Part shown: positions 12,829 to 23,935 of the stretch, in pieces
Position numbering within the stretch: the stretch's first letter is position 1
Layout: the number at the start of each line of letters is the position of its first letter
Assembly: GCA_965214605.1 (NCBI GenBank)
Contig: OZ243961.1
Span: 3,776,001-3,840,000, forward strand
Direction: 5' to 3'
DNA length: 64,000 nt
Origin: an uncultured Candidatus Binatia bacterium
GTDB taxonomy: Bacteria; Desulfobacterota; Binatia; Bin18
Notes under the pieces: generated by a model
Seen by the model: only the letters and a program-made list of their open reading frames with translations
Database searches by the model: none
What the model was told of the DNA's origin: nothing
Program-made: the position numbers and the translations under genes

Positions 12829-14517
12829 ATGAAGGCGAATGATACTCCTGCTGACTTTATCCGCGAGATTATCGACGCTGACCTCAGGGCCAACAAAAAT
12901 AACGGCCGAGTGGTGACCCGCTTTCCACCCGAACCGAACGGCTATCTGCACATCGGCCACGCCAAATCCATCTGTCTCAACTTTGGTATTGCAGCCGAAT
13001 ATAAAGGTGTGTGTCACCTGCGGTTTGACGATACCAACCCGACCAAAGAAGATCTTGAGTACGTAGAGTCTATTCAAGAGGACGTCCGCTGGCTGGGCTT
13101 TGACTGGCAGGATAAATTGTTCTACGCCTCGGACTACTACGAGCAGCTGTACCAGTACGCCGTGTACCTGATCACAAACGGGAAGGCGTATGTGGACAGT
13201 CTGAGTGCCGACGAGATACGCGAGTATCGCGGGACCCTGACCCAGCCGGGTAAAAACAGCCCCTATCGGGAGCGGTCTGTCGAGGAAAACCTCGGCCTCT
13301 TTGCCCGCATGCGGGCGGGCGAGTTTGAGGACGGCAGCCAGGTTGTGCGGGCCAAAATCGACATGGCCTCGCCCAATCTCAATATGCGCGACCCGGTAAT
13401 GTACCGTATCCGTCGGGCCACCCACCACCGGACTGGGGACACCTGGTGCATTTACCCCATGTACGACTTTACCCACGGTCAGTCCGATGCCATTGAGGGC
13501 ATTACCCACTCGATTTGTACGCTTGAGTTTGAAGACCACCGGCCCTTGTACGACTGGTTCCTCAGGGCGTTGCCGGTGCCGTGTTACCCGCAACAGATCG
13601 AGTTTGCCCGCCTCAACCTGACCTACACGGTGATGAGCAAACGCAAGCTGTTAGAACTCGTCACCAATCGACATGTCACGGGTTGGGACGATCCGCGTAT
13701 GCCGACCCTCAAGGGGTTACGCCGCCGTGGCTACACGCCGGAATCGGTCCGCCATTTTTGCGAGCGCATCGGTGTGGCCAAGCGCAACAGCGTAGTTGAC
13801 ATGGCTATGCTCGAACACCACGTGCGGGACGATCTCAATAAACGCGCCCCCCGGGTTATGGCCGTGCTGCGCCCGCTGAAGGTCGTCATTGACAATTATC
13901 CGGCTGGCCGTGTCGAACAGCTCGACGCAATCAACAATCCCGAGGACCCCAGTGCCGGTACCCGTCAGGTACCGTTTTCGCGGGTGCTCTACATTGAGCG
14001 GGATGATTTTCGGGAAGATCCGCCCCGCAAGTTTTTCCGTCTTGCGCCCGATCGTGAGGTCCGGCTGCGTTACGCCTACATTATCAAGTGTGTTGAGGTG
14101 ATCAAAGACGACAGCGGCAACATTGTTGAGCTGCACTGCACGTATGATCCGGAGACCCGTAGCGGGGGAGCGGCCGAGGGCCGTAAAGTCAAAGCGACCC
14201 TGCACTGGGTATCGACCGCCCACGCCCTCCCGGCCGAAGTGCGGCTATACGACAGTCTGTTCACCAAGCCCGATCCAGCCAATGTCGAAGAGGGACATAG
14301 CTACACCGATTTTCTAAATCCAAACTCGCTGGAGGTGCTGTCGGCGTGTCAGCTTGAGCCCAGCTTGGCCGGGGCGGAGATTGGCAGTCGCTATCAATTC
14401 GAGCGCCTGGGCTATTTCTGTGTTGATCCAGATTCGGTTGAGGGGAAGCTGGTCTTTAATCGGACGGTGACCCTACGGGACACGTGGGCAAATATTCAGA
14501 AGGCTGGCAAGGGCTAA
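12829..14517 (+). CDS. glnS: Glutamine--tRNA ligase
   Basis: [17 protein letters not shown] (HIGH), VMSKRKL (KMSKS variant), [16 protein letters not shown]; start at ATG 12829. Confidence 0.97.
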   Translation: MKANDTPADFIREIIDADLRANKNNGRVVTRFPPEPNGYLHIGHAKSICLNFGIAAEYKGVCHLRFDDTNPTKEDLEYVESIQEDVRWLGFDWQDKLFYASDYYEQLYQYAVYLITNGKAYVDSLSADEIREYRGTLTQPGKNSPYRERSVEENLGLFARMRAGEFEDGSQVVRAKIDMASPNLNMRDPVMYRIRRATHHRTGDTWCIYPMYDFTHGQSDAIEGITHSICTLEFEDHRPLYDWFLRALPVPCYPQQIEFARLNLTYTVMSKRKLLELVTNRHVTGWDDPRMPTLKGLRRRGYTPESVRHFCERIGVAKRNSVVDMAMLEHHVRDDLNKRAPRVMAVLRPLKVVIDNYPAGRVEQLDAINNPEDPSAGTRQVPFSRVLYIERDDFREDPPRKFFRLAPDREVRLRYAYIIKCVEVIKDDSGNIVELHCTYDPETRSGGAAEGRKVKATLHWVSTAHALPAEVRLYDSLFTKPDPANVEEGHSYTDFLNPNSLEVLSACQLEPSLAGAEIGSRYQFERLGYFCVDPDSVEGKLVFNRTVTLRDTWANIQKAGKG

Positions 14518-14570
14518 GGGAACGGGCAAGGGGTGACACGAGTGCCCCAGTCCCACGTGATGGGAGGGCG

Positions 14571-15422
14571 TTGCCAGTGGAAAAAAACATCCTGTGTCTC
14601 ACCGCCGCCTGTCGCCAACTCGGTCTTTGCTTTGACTACATTGATCAAGACCACAATGTCGTCAGGATAATCCTCAACGGCGCAGCTTACTATTTTCAGC
14701 TCAACCGGACGCCGTTCAACGCTGAATCGGTGGCCGGAATCTGCAAAGACAAGTACCACACCTATCGCCTGCTCAAAGACTGCGTCCGCTGTCCCAAAAC
14801 CCTGTCCTTTCTGAGCTATCGGGTCGATGAGCGATACACAGACTATCTCCAATACCACTCCGCCCCCGAAATTGTGGCCGTTGTTGAGGCTGAACTCAGG
14901 TATCCGCTTATTATCAAAAGTAACAGCGGCTCCTTTGGTTCAAACGTTTTTCTGTGCCAACAGACTGATGATACGCAAACCGCTATTGAGAGAATTTTTG
15001 ATAAAAACTCCCATCTGTACGATTACATTGTGTTAGCCCAAGAGTTTATCCCGACCAGACAAGAGTATCGGCTGGTGTGCTACAAACAGACTCCAGTCCT
15101 GGCCTACACGCGTTCTGCCAACCCATCCACGTTTAACGCTCGCTATTGGGAAAGCGCCTCAGGGAGCGCCGCGACCCTAATCGGACAAAACGAACTCATA
15201 GACGAGCTAGGCGCCTTTGTCCGCCCTGTCTACAGAGCACTGGCTCTCGGCTTTGTCGGCTTTGATATTGTCCGCTCTGTTAACAACCGGCTTTATCTGT
15301 TAGAGCTCAATTCCGGGCCGCGTTTTGACCATGTCATCCATACCAACGGCCCAGGACCGGTCATCGCCATGTACAAGGCGGTTTTGTCAGCCTGGATGGC
15401 TGACAAATCGAGAGTGCTCTAG
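14571..15422 (+). CDS. RimK-like ATP-grasp ligase
   Basis: CKDKYHTY, YPLIIKSNSGSFGSNV, AQEFI, EYRLV, FVGFDIV, LELNSGP; GGGAGG RBS before TTG 14571; start uncertain. Confidence 0.8.
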   Translation: MPVEKNILCLTAACRQLGLCFDYIDQDHNVVRIILNGAAYYFQLNRTPFNAESVAGICKDKYHTYRLLKDCVRCPKTLSFLSYRVDERYTDYLQYHSAPEIVAVVEAELRYPLIIKSNSGSFGSNVFLCQQTDDTQTAIERIFDKNSHLYDYIVLAQEFIPTRQEYRLVCYKQTPVLAYTRSANPSTFNARYWESASGSAATLIGQNELIDELGAFVRPVYRALALGFVGFDIVRSVNNRLYLLELNSGPRFDHVIHTNGPGPVIAMYKAVLSAWMADKSRVL

Positions 15423-15439
15423 CCTCCTCGACGGCCGGG

Positions 15440-15575
15440 GCTGATGCTTTGAGCGCCATGGCGTCAGCACGTCCGGTTTGCGCTTGCTGACGCGAGGAGG
15501 ATGTCCTTCAAGTCGAGTTTCCTCATTTGTTGTCGTCTTTGCCACCGCTCAAGCGGTACGAGCACCACAGTGCCG
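15440..15575 (-). pseudogene. C-terminal relic of a Phd/YefM-family antitoxin
   Basis: Minus strand reads GTVVLVPLERWQRRQQMRKLDLKDILLA, resembling the Phd-family C-terminus; no intact start. Confidence 0.4.
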
Positions 15576-16498
15576 GAGCTTCTCGGCGCGCTGCTTGAAC
15601 AGGCTCACTTGCACGAGCCCCTGGGGGCCTAGGCTTCCCTCTTGGCTCATTGAGAGAGCTATGGATACCCGGAATACCCCCCTCAAGTTATCAACCTCTG
15701 ACCTCAGCTTCGACAACCGCCCGACTCGGAAACCGACAAGTACCCTCGGCGAGGCTGACCGAGCCTGTTGCTTGCGGCCCGCGTAGCCCAACCCGGCTGC
15801 TTACCTGCGCCTGAGAAGTTGCCTAGGAACTCGGCTTGACCCATGCCGATTGCGAATCGGACGCGTTTGTTCCGGTCTTTTGCGGCGGCCGGGTATGGCC
15901 ACCCCTATGCCGTGTGTTACAGTGGCCACTGGTTTGGCGGCTGGGTCGGGCAGCTTGGAGGCGGCTGGATGATAAACCTAGGGGAGATTGTCAACCGTAA
16001 TACTGGGTCGTACAGTTCAAAGCTGCCGGCCCCAGGCCGTATTCTCGCCGACGGCAATCCTAAACCCGAGCCGTGGTGTGTCGAGTTACCTCCCCCCTCC
16101 CCATTGATCCGTTGTGGGAATCTTCAGCTCTTTGCCGTAGCACAAGTTGAGGGAGACCTGGATGAGGAGACTTTCTGATCAGAAAAGATTCCGGCTTCAG
16201 GCAAGCTTCGAGAAGTTGTTAATAGGTCCATTGAAGCGGCGGGTTCTGTTTTTGGCGTAGTGGCGGTGAATGTTGACAATCCATAATTGCGTTCTCTTGA
16301 TCGACGGGTTCATCTTTGCGGACTGCTACAGCGTAGAGATCCAAGAGTTGAAAATCATACTTCCCCAATCGAACCAACTCCGCAGTTTATACAAGGTATT
16401 GGCCTAAACTGAGCCCGTATTCTTGTCGCGGCGCTGGCCATGCGAAGGCCTCTGGGAGGCTAGCGCTTGTGCTGTTACGGTCGCTTGTGTCCAAGGGG

Positions 16499-16841
16499 AT
16501 GAGATTAACTCGGCCACAGATTGTTAGCGATATGGAGAGAGGGACCCTGCGGATCGAGGTCAAAGTTGACTTTAGCCTGCTCAGACGTGGACCTGCCGCA
16601 GAGGTTTGTCGGGGCGAGATATCCATTTATGAACGCACCTGCAGGAAGCCTAGTCGTATCTCGCGATGAAGGCACCGAGACGGGACCCCTTAATGTGGGC
16701 GTACTAGGAGAGACGGGTCAAAATTCTCCGCCTCTCCCTGCTGGATCTCTGCTCTTGCTTCTGCAAACCGTACGAGAGTCATCGCTTCTCAAGAAACAGG
16801 TGAATCTCGAAAATATCGCGTTCCTAGTAATGAGTTGCTGA
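16499..16841 (+). pseudogene. Possible dCTP-deaminase-like relic (frameshifted)
   Basis: AAGGGG RBS then MRLTRPQIVSDMERGTLRIE (Dcd-like N-terminus); LPAGSLLLLLQTVRE in another frame resembles the Dcd LxPGEFxLxxTxE segment. Confidence 0.25.
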
Positions 16842-17019
16842 CTCAAAAAAGGTGTTCCCAAACAGGGGACGTTCTTGACTTACGAGAATGACCTAGCTTG
16901 GAACCCGCTAAATTCGTGACCTCACACCCCCACCGGGGACCTCTCACGAGACACCCTCCGAACTCTTCTGCCATGCTCGAATAGTTTTGGACCGCGTATC
17001 AAGTGAATCAAGCGATGCC

Positions 17020-18849
17020 CTAGCGGCCGATATAATCCTCAAGCTTGGGCGTTTTGCTTTCCTGCCACAGGTCAACCAGCCGCTTGGGGATGAGTGTCGT
17101 GACCCGGTCGCGCGAGCCCCGAAACCAGTTGCTGATGTCCGGTAAGCTCCACACATAGTGCTCAAGTTCAGCCTTGACCTCGTCAACGAACTGCTGGACC
17201 GCCTCGCTGCGAACCTCCAAGCGGGACCAGTTGTTCTCGAACATTGCCCTCAGGCACTCGATAATATAGCCGATCTGACACTCGGCAAAGAAGATCCCGC
17301 TGCCTCCGTGGCCGGGCGTGCCGTTCGGACCTGGGGTGATGAACAGGTTGGGACAGTGTTCGAGCGCCATGCCCTGATAGGTTTCGAGTTTTTCGTCCAG
17401 CAGCGCGCGCACATCAGCTCCGTTGCGACCGTTGACCTGAATTGGCCACAGCACCTTGCCGGTGTCAAAACCGGTGGCGAAGACAATGATATCGACCACC
17501 TCATGGCCGTCAGCGGTGGTGATCCCGTCGGCCGTGATGCGCTCAATTGGAGTATCGGTCAGATGCACGTTCTCCCGCCGCAGCGCCTGATACCAGCCGT
17601 TGTCGAGCAACAGCCGCTTCCCGTAGGGCGGATATTGGGGCAGCACCTTTTCGACCAGATCAGGTATATCGCCGATCTGAGCTTTAATGTACTCGGTCAT
17701 CTGGCTGCGGAGTTTGTCATTGGCCGCATTCACCGAACGTTCCCGATAGGGCCAGTCGGGGTCGATTCGCAGGGTTGGGAGAATGGAGTCGCCGATCTGC
17801 CAGAACTGGCGGAAGCGGAACCATGACAGATAGGTTGGAATCTTGTCGATCAGCATCCGCTCGGTGCCCAACAGGGCTTTGCCGTACTGGGGATGCGACA
17901 GCATCCAGTGCGGGGTGCGTTGATAGATGAGTACTTCGCGGGTCTGGGGCGCAATGGCCGGCACGATTTGGTTGGCGCTGGCCCCGGTGCCGATTACCGC
18001 CACCCGTTTGTCGTTCAACTCGACCTTGTGATCCCAATAGGTGGAGTGGAACGACGAGCCTTCAAAGACATCCACGCCCTTGATATCGGGCCACTTTGGA
18101 ATCCGCAGCAGACCGGTCGCCCCGATCACAAAATTGGCGCTGATGCGCTCGGTCGAGCCATCGCTCCGACGCAGGTCAATAACCCACACCGACTCGGCAT
18201 CGTTCCAGCTCATGGTTTCGACCGCGGTGTTGCACTGCAGCCGATCCCCAAAGTTTCGGCTGGCAACGATTTCTTTGACGTATTTCAGCAGCTCGGGCTG
18301 GTGACTAAAGTGGTCGGGCCAACCCATATCGGGCGCAAAGGAGTATGAGTACAGCAGGCTGGGTGTATCCACCCGACAGCCCGGATAGCTGTTTTGCCAC
18401 CAGGTACCGCCCGGCTCGGGGTTCTTTTCGACAATCGTAAACGCCGACAGGCCGAGTTCTTCGAGCCTCAGGCCAGCCAAGACGCCGGTTACCCCGGCAC
18501 CGATAATCACGACTTTAAAGTCGGCCGGTGGGCTCAGCGGCGGGGGTTGCACCTGTGGACCGAGCCCCATCTGTTCACGCGCCATAGGGCCGTACTCAGG
18601 GGCGACCGGCATGCCGGCGGCCAGGTTCATCGCTGCTTGTAGGACCTCATCGCTTGGCGGTCCGGCCGTTTTCTGGCCCGACAGATAGGCTGGCAGCACC
18701 TCGGTCGCCTTTTGCTCAATCTGAGCGCGGTTGCGTAGATCCGGAACAGCATTCGGATCCTCGGCGAGGTGGGTTACGACTGCTGCCAGGGTTCGTCTAT
18801 CGGCCTGCTCAAGCAGGGAAGGAAGATCAATGTCAAGAGAGAGCATCAT
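17020..18849 (-). CDS. Baeyer-Villiger monooxygenase (4-hydroxyacetophenone monooxygenase-like)
   Basis: GAGVTG, GGTWWQNSYPGCRVD, BVMO fingerprint FEGSSFHSTYW (FxGxxxHxxxW), GTGASA; long N-terminal extension. Confidence 0.9.
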   Translation of the reverse strand: MMLSLDIDLPSLLEQADRRTLAAVVTHLAEDPNAVPDLRNRAQIEQKATEVLPAYLSGQKTAGPPSDEVLQAAMNLAAGMPVAPEYGPMAREQMGLGPQVQPPPLSPPADFKVVIIGAGVTGVLAGLRLEELGLSAFTIVEKNPEPGGTWWQNSYPGCRVDTPSLLYSYSFAPDMGWPDHFSHQPELLKYVKEIVASRNFGDRLQCNTAVETMSWNDAESVWVIDLRRSDGSTERISANFVIGATGLLRIPKWPDIKGVDVFEGSSFHSTYWDHKVELNDKRVAVIGTGASANQIVPAIAPQTREVLIYQRTPHWMLSHPQYGKALLGTERMLIDKIPTYLSWFRFRQFWQIGDSILPTLRIDPDWPYRERSVNAANDKLRSQMTEYIKAQIGDIPDLVEKVLPQYPPYGKRLLLDNGWYQALRRENVHLTDTPIERITADGITTADGHEVVDIIVFATGFDTGKVLWPIQVNGRNGADVRALLDEKLETYQGMALEHCPNLFITPGPNGTPGHGGSGIFFAECQIGYIIECLRAMFENNWSRLEVRSEAVQQFVDEVKAELEHYVWSLPDISNWFRGSRDRVTTLIPKRLVDLWQESKTPKLEDYIGR

Positions 18850-19030
18850 GGCGACAGACTACAAGAGCTGGTCTGACTTGTCTAGAAAGCCGACAAGAAG
18901 ACCGCTCAGGGCTTACCAGGTGGGCTGAGAGGTGCTAGGCTCCACACAGTGCCGAGGGGGGAGTGAGGGCTGAGAGTCCGGGGCTGAACAGACTGCCCGA
19001 CCCGCGAGTTTTCGGTGGGGGGAAAAAGCT

Positions 19031-19867
19031 ATGGCTGCAACCGAAGTGAGACGGACGCAGGAAGACGCCGAGGCTATTTGGATCAAGTGTAATTCCTGTC
19101 AAGACATCCTGTTCCGCAAAGAGGCGGAGCGGCGTCTATTCGTCTGTCCTAAATGTGGATCGCATCTCAGGCTGACAGTTGAGCAACGCCTCTTCTTGGT
19201 GGTTGATCGTGGCTCTTTTGTCGAGCATGACGTTGATCTGTTGCCCAGCGATCCGCTCGGTTTTACCGACCGTAAACCGTACCCCGATCGCATTGCCGCT
19301 GCCCAGGCCAAGACGGGTCGCACCGAGGCGGTCGTATGTGGGGTGGCAACGATTGAGGACCAAGCGGCGGCCCTAGGGCTTTTTGATTTTGCCTTTTCAG
19401 GCGGGAGTATGGGAACCGTGGTGGGGGAGAAGCTCACTCGGATTGTCGAGCACGCGGTGCGCGAGTGCCTGCCAGTCATTTTTTTTTCCGCCTCGGGCGG
19501 CGCTCGTATGCAGGAAGGCGTTCTGTCCTTAATGCAAATGGCCAAGGTGAACGCCGCCCTCAACCGTTTGCGGGCGGCGAGACTGCCGTATATCTCGGTT
19601 ATGACCGACCCGACAACGGGTGGGGTGGCGGCCTCGTTGGGTATGATTGGCGATATCAATATTGCCGAACCCCAGGCTTTGATCGGCTTTGCCGGTCCTC
19701 GGGTAATTGAACAGACGATCCGAGAGAAACTGCCGCCGGGCTTTCAGCGGGCGGAGTTTCTGCTTGAGCATGGCATGCTAGACATGGTTGTTGAGCGTAA
19801 AGATTTGCGCGGGGTGTTGGGACAACTGCTACGCCTATTGTGTCATACAGCGCCAGAACCATGCTAG
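19031..19867 (+). CDS. accD: Acetyl-CoA carboxylase carboxyltransferase beta subunit
   Basis: WIKCNSC...CPKC zinc finger, GGSMG, SGGARMQEG, DPTTGGV, IGFAGPRVIEQT. Confidence 0.97.
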   Translation: MAATEVRRTQEDAEAIWIKCNSCQDILFRKEAERRLFVCPKCGSHLRLTVEQRLFLVVDRGSFVEHDVDLLPSDPLGFTDRKPYPDRIAAAQAKTGRTEAVVCGVATIEDQAAALGLFDFAFSGGSMGTVVGEKLTRIVEHAVRECLPVIFFSASGGARMQEGVLSLMQMAKVNAALNRLRAARLPYISVMTDPTTGGVAASLGMIGDINIAEPQALIGFAGPRVIEQTIREKLPPGFQRAEFLLEHGMLDMVVERKDLRGVLGQLLRLLCHTAPEPC

Positions 19868-19916
19868 ACTGTCGGCCAACGCCAGCCTTATTCGGTCCGT
19901 CCGAGCGCTGACGCCC

Positions 19917-21197
19917 ATGCTCAGCTATGCCGAGACCCTAGACTTCCTGTTTCACCGTGAGGTCGAGCGTATGCAGCTTGGACTTGAGCGGATGGAACGT
20001 GCCTTAGCGCTGTGCGGGTCCCCCCACACCCGCTTTCCCAGCCTGCATATTGCGGGGACGAACGGCAAGGGATCGACCGCGGCGCTGCTGCACGCCGCGC
20101 TGAGCGCAGCAGGCTACCGGGTCGGCCTGTTTACTTCACCCCATCTGCTCGATTTCTGTGAACGCATCCGTCTCGGCAGTGACTGGATTCGTCAACAGGC
20201 GGTGATCGACGGCGTGGCCTGGATCCGCTCCCGCATTGAGCCGGAACAGATTACGCTCACCCCTTTTGAGCTGATGACGCTGCTTGCCTTTGTCGCCTTT
20301 GCCCGGGCCGAGCTTGATATTGCGATCGTTGAGGTGGGGCTTGGTGGACGTCTGGATGCAACCAATGTGCTGTCTCCGCTGGTGACCACAATTACCCAGA
20401 TCGGCCTTGATCACCAGGCCTACCTAGGCACGAGCCTGGCCCAGATTGCGGCTGAAAAAGGCGGGATCATCAAACCCGGCGTCCCGGTTATTCTCGGCCA
20501 TATGGAGGCTGACAGCCGGGCTGTGCTGATCGAAATTGCGCGCCGGCGGGACAGTCCGACGCTGGTTTACGGGACGGACTTTTGGGCCCACACGGACTCG
20601 GGGCATTTTGACTATCGGGGCCGAGCGTGGCGATATGATGACCTCCCGCTCAGTCTGGCCGGCGCCTTTCAAGGCCACAACGCGGCCGCGGCCCTGGCAA
20701 GCCTGGAGTGTTTGACTGCGGATTTTCCCGTCTCCGACGTCCAGCTACGCCACGGTTTAGAACAGGTCGTCTGGCCAGGACGCTTCCAGATTGTTGCGGA
20801 CCAGCCCCTTGTCATCCTCGACGGGGCGCACAACCCGCACGCGACTGCCGCCCTAGTATCGTCTCTGCCGGCGGTGCTTGGGAGACGACGCATTAAGCTC
20901 CTGTTTGGGGTACTAGAGGATAAGGACTGGCCGAATATGGTTGCGCCGCTGGCCCATATTGCACACGAGGTGATAGTCACCCGGGTCGACAATCCGCGGA
21001 GCGCAGACCCCCAGACCGTGTCGACCGCATTTAGTCAAACGTGTCCGACCCGGGTGTGTCTCAATTCTCGGGCTGCGTGTCAGCAGCTGCTCGACGAGGC
21101 GGACGCCGACACCGCCCTTGTGGTGTGCGGCTCGTTGTTTCTCATTGGCGAGGTTCTGCCCCTCTTTCCCTCAGCACTGAGAGGGCAGACCGCATGA
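19917..21197 (+). CDS. folC: Dihydrofolate/folylpolyglutamate synthase
   Basis: HIAGTNGKGST, TSPHL, EVGLGGRLDATN, WPGRFQ, LDGAHNP; follows accD. Confidence 0.95.
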   Translation: MLSYAETLDFLFHREVERMQLGLERMERALALCGSPHTRFPSLHIAGTNGKGSTAALLHAALSAAGYRVGLFTSPHLLDFCERIRLGSDWIRQQAVIDGVAWIRSRIEPEQITLTPFELMTLLAFVAFARAELDIAIVEVGLGGRLDATNVLSPLVTTITQIGLDHQAYLGTSLAQIAAEKGGIIKPGVPVILGHMEADSRAVLIEIARRRDSPTLVYGTDFWAHTDSGHFDYRGRAWRYDDLPLSLAGAFQGHNAAAALASLECLTADFPVSDVQLRHGLEQVVWPGRFQIVADQPLVILDGAHNPHATAALVSSLPAVLGRRRIKLLFGVLEDKDWPNMVAPLAHIAHEVIVTRVDNPRSADPQTVSTAFSQTCPTRVCLNSRAACQQLLDEADADTALVVCGSLFLIGEVLPLFPSALRGQTA

Positions 21198-23485
21198 CCC
21201 GCCGTCTGGCCTGCCTAAGCTGCCCAGCCTGGCTGATCACCCTGATATACCTGGCTGGTCCACTCCCGGTGTGGGGCCAGGCCGAGCCGACCGGCGAGCC
21301 GGTTGAGTCGGAGAGCGGCCACGCCCTAGCCCAGGCTGGCGAGCCGCTTGAGGTCGAGGCCCAGACGTTGAGTTATCAAGAGGGCACCAATACCATCACC
21401 GCAACCGGAGACGTCGTGGTGACCAAAGGTCTGACCCGAGTGACGGCCGAGACGATCCGGCTCAATCGCGACACCAGCGAAGTTGATGCCCGGGGTAATG
21501 TCGTCGTCCGTGATCCGCAGGGCACAATCGAAGCTGAGGCGATCCAGTTTGAGATGGAGGACGAAACTGGCCAGATTATCAACGGCACGGTGCGGCTACC
21601 CGGCCGCCAGTATACGATTACCGGTACCCGTTTACAGAAGTCGCTTGGCCAGACCTATCACATTGATGACGGGACACTGACGACCTGCCAGTGCGATGAT
21701 CCCCAACAGGCCGACTGGACCATCGCGGCTCGGTCGCTCGACCTTACGAGACGAGGCAGAGGCGTTGTACGCGGCGGCTCTCTCAGGGTCCGCAAAGTGC
21801 CAATTCTGTATCTACCGTACGCCATCTTTCCGGTCCAGACTGAGCGTCAGAGCGGTCTCTTATTTCCCAACTACGGATTTTCGAGTAAGCGTGGCTTTCA
21901 GTTCCAACAACCCCTGTACTGGGCGCTGAATAAAAGCCACGATGTCACCCTTACGGCAGATATTGAGACCGCGGCCCGGTTGGGTCTGTTGGGCGAGTAC
22001 CGCTATGCTCTCAACCGTGATACCGAAGGCCGGCTGATCGCCTCGTATTTTAATGAAGAGGTTGGCGGTCTGGCCTCGACCAGCTCACCGCTGCACCGCT
22101 GGAGTGTCACCGGCACGCATCGCCAGCGCCTGCCGTACGGAATCCATGCCCACGGCGACTTCTTCTTTGTGAGCGATGATCGTTTTTTGCGTAACATGAA
22201 CACGCCCTTTTATGGCGGTTTAGACAATAGCGAACTACGCTCCCGACGCTGGACGCGCTCACGAGCCGGAGTGGTAAAAACCTGGCGCCACGCCCAGCTG
22301 CGGGCGGATACATTCTACTTCCAGGATCTGCGCAACGATGACAAGTACGCCTTTCAAATCTTGCCGACCCTACGGTTTCGAACCCAGCGCTGGTTATTGA
22401 ACGGCCGTTTAGAGACCGGTCTGGATGTCCAAGGCGCAAACTTCTACCGTCGCCGAGGCTATTATGGCCAGCGTCTCCACATTTCTCCGTGGCTCTCTCT
22501 ACCCTTTTCTTTAGGTGGCTATGCCTCTGGCTCGCTCAACGTGACCGGGCATGAGACGCTCTATCACATGAGCTCCGAAGAGCCGGTGTCGCTGAGGGAT
22601 CTGGGCCGCGGCGCGGATCGCACCAGGTTCAGCCCAGGCGGAGATCGTACCCGTGAGACCGTGCGGGTACGGACTGAGCTTGGGACGCGTCTGTCGCGTG
22701 TCTTTAAGTTGGGCTGGGGCTCCTTACATAGCCTCAAGCACGTGGTTGAACCGCACGTTTCTTATACCTACAGCCCAGTCGTCAGCCAAGACGATCTGCC
22801 CCTGTTTGACGGGCTGGACCGGATCAATCGACGCAGCCTGTTCGTGTACGGGATGACCAATCGAATCGTCGGAAAATTTGCCTCTGGCTCCGACGTCTCT
22901 GAGGATGTGACCCGCGTGCGCGAGCTCCTGCGCCTGACCATCAGCCAGGCCTACGATCCGACACGGCGATTGCGCGGTGCGGGACCGGAGAACTTTGGGC
23001 TGAGCGAAACTGCCCAGCACTTCTCGGATGTCGCCTTTGACGCGCGTGTCAGCCTCTTTTCTTTCTTCCGTATTCGGACTGAAACGGTGTATGATATTGA
23101 CCGGGCCGAGGTTACTGCGACTCGGGTCACCGCCTCTGTCCGCGATCCCCGACCTCTGCCGCCGTCCACGCCTCTATTCCAACAGCTACAGCGCAGAACA
23201 GGGCTCAGAATTTCCTACCGGGCCATCACCGACCGCCTACTCAAGGAACTGAACGTCAACCTGGTGATGCGCTTGAGTGAGTATTTTTCGGCCGCGTATT
23301 CGACCCGCTATGACCTGAACGACAAATCGTTTATTCGCAGCAGCTACTACTTTCGCGTGCTGTCGCCCCAAAAGTGTTGGGCGTTTGATTTCGGTATCGT
23401 CGATAAGGTCAACCCGAGTGAGGTCGAGTTTCGCTTTGCGGTGACTCTGGTTGGGCTGAGTTCATTTGGACAGCAGATGTTTTGA
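21194..23485 (+). CDS. lptD: LPS assembly outer-membrane protein LptD
   Basis: Signal peptide, OstA-like N-domain (ATGDVVV, TTC..W), RQSGLLFP, beta-barrel C-terminus ending in Phe; ATGA overlap with folC. Confidence 0.85.
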   Translation: MTRRLACLSCPAWLITLIYLAGPLPVWGQAEPTGEPVESESGHALAQAGEPLEVEAQTLSYQEGTNTITATGDVVVTKGLTRVTAETIRLNRDTSEVDARGNVVVRDPQGTIEAEAIQFEMEDETGQIINGTVRLPGRQYTITGTRLQKSLGQTYHIDDGTLTTCQCDDPQQADWTIAARSLDLTRRGRGVVRGGSLRVRKVPILYLPYAIFPVQTERQSGLLFPNYGFSSKRGFQFQQPLYWALNKSHDVTLTADIETAARLGLLGEYRYALNRDTEGRLIASYFNEEVGGLASTSSPLHRWSVTGTHRQRLPYGIHAHGDFFFVSDDRFLRNMNTPFYGGLDNSELRSRRWTRSRAGVVKTWRHAQLRADTFYFQDLRNDDKYAFQILPTLRFRTQRWLLNGRLETGLDVQGANFYRRRGYYGQRLHISPWLSLPFSLGGYASGSLNVTGHETLYHMSSEEPVSLRDLGRGADRTRFSPGGDRTRETVRVRTELGTRLSRVFKLGWGSLHSLKHVVEPHVSYTYSPVVSQDDLPLFDGLDRINRRSLFVYGMTNRIVGKFASGSDVSEDVTRVRELLRLTISQAYDPTRRLRGAGPENFGLSETAQHFSDVAFDARVSLFSFFRIRTETVYDIDRAEVTATRVTASVRDPRPLPPSTPLFQQLQRRTGLRISYRAITDRLLKELNVNLVMRLSEYFSAAYSTRYDLNDKSFIRSSYYFRVLSPQKCWAFDFGIVDKVNPSEVEFRFAVTLVGLSSFGQQMF

Positions 23486-23515
23486 CGGAAAACCGCTCAA
23501 GAGACCCAGAGGCGG

Positions 23516-23935
23516 CTAAGGGGGAGGGGGGTCGGTCGTCGGGTGCGGGATGGTCGGGTCTGTCCGTTGCTCTTCTTGTCCCTGTTTGGCGTCCCAGTCC
23601 GCCAGCTCGTCGGCAACTCCGCCCAGCCACATGGGAACGCCGGTCCGGTAGGCGGCCCGGGCGATCAGATGGGCGCTGAGCGGGACGGTGAGGAAGAGGA
23701 AGCCGAGGATCAAGCTCTCTTTGAGTCCTGAAGACAGGCCCAAAAAGCGGAAATATAACAGGGCAGCCAGCAGCACCCCGGCCACGCCAAAGGTGGTGCT
23801 TTTACTCGTGGCGTGCATGCGTGAATACACGTCTTTCAGTCGCAGCAGACCAAAGGTACCGGTCAGGAGAAAAAACAGACCAACGAGTAACAGGCTGCTA
23901 ACCAGGATTTCGAGAGTTGCCGGGACGTCCATCAA
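23516..23935 (-). CDS. mrpG: Mrp/Mnh antiporter subunit G
   Basis: GLLRLKDVYSRMHATSKSTTFG, FLFLTVPLSAHLIARAAY. Confidence 0.92.
   Translation of the reverse strand: MMDVPATLEILVSSLLLVGLFFLLTGTFGLLRLKDVYSRMHATSKSTTFGVAGVLLAALLYFRFLGLSSGLKESLILGFLFLTVPLSAHLIARAAYRTGVPMWLGGVADELADWDAKQGQEEQRTDPTIPHPTTDPPPP

Noticed and set aside
12583-13593. 336-aa antisense ORF
   Set aside because: Shadow of glnS on the opposite strand with no recognisable motifs; common in GC-rich coding DNA.
15422-15850. Graspetide (RiPP) precursor next to the ATP-grasp gene
   Set aside because: No small ORF with an RBS and repeated Thr/Ser/Lys-Asp/Glu core motifs; the best reading is an antitoxin relic.
18900-19030. TPP riboswitch suggested by repeated GGGCTGAGA upstream of accD
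   Set aside because: Lacks the downstream ACCTGA/TAAT/GCGnAGG core, and the gene context is unrelated to thiamine.
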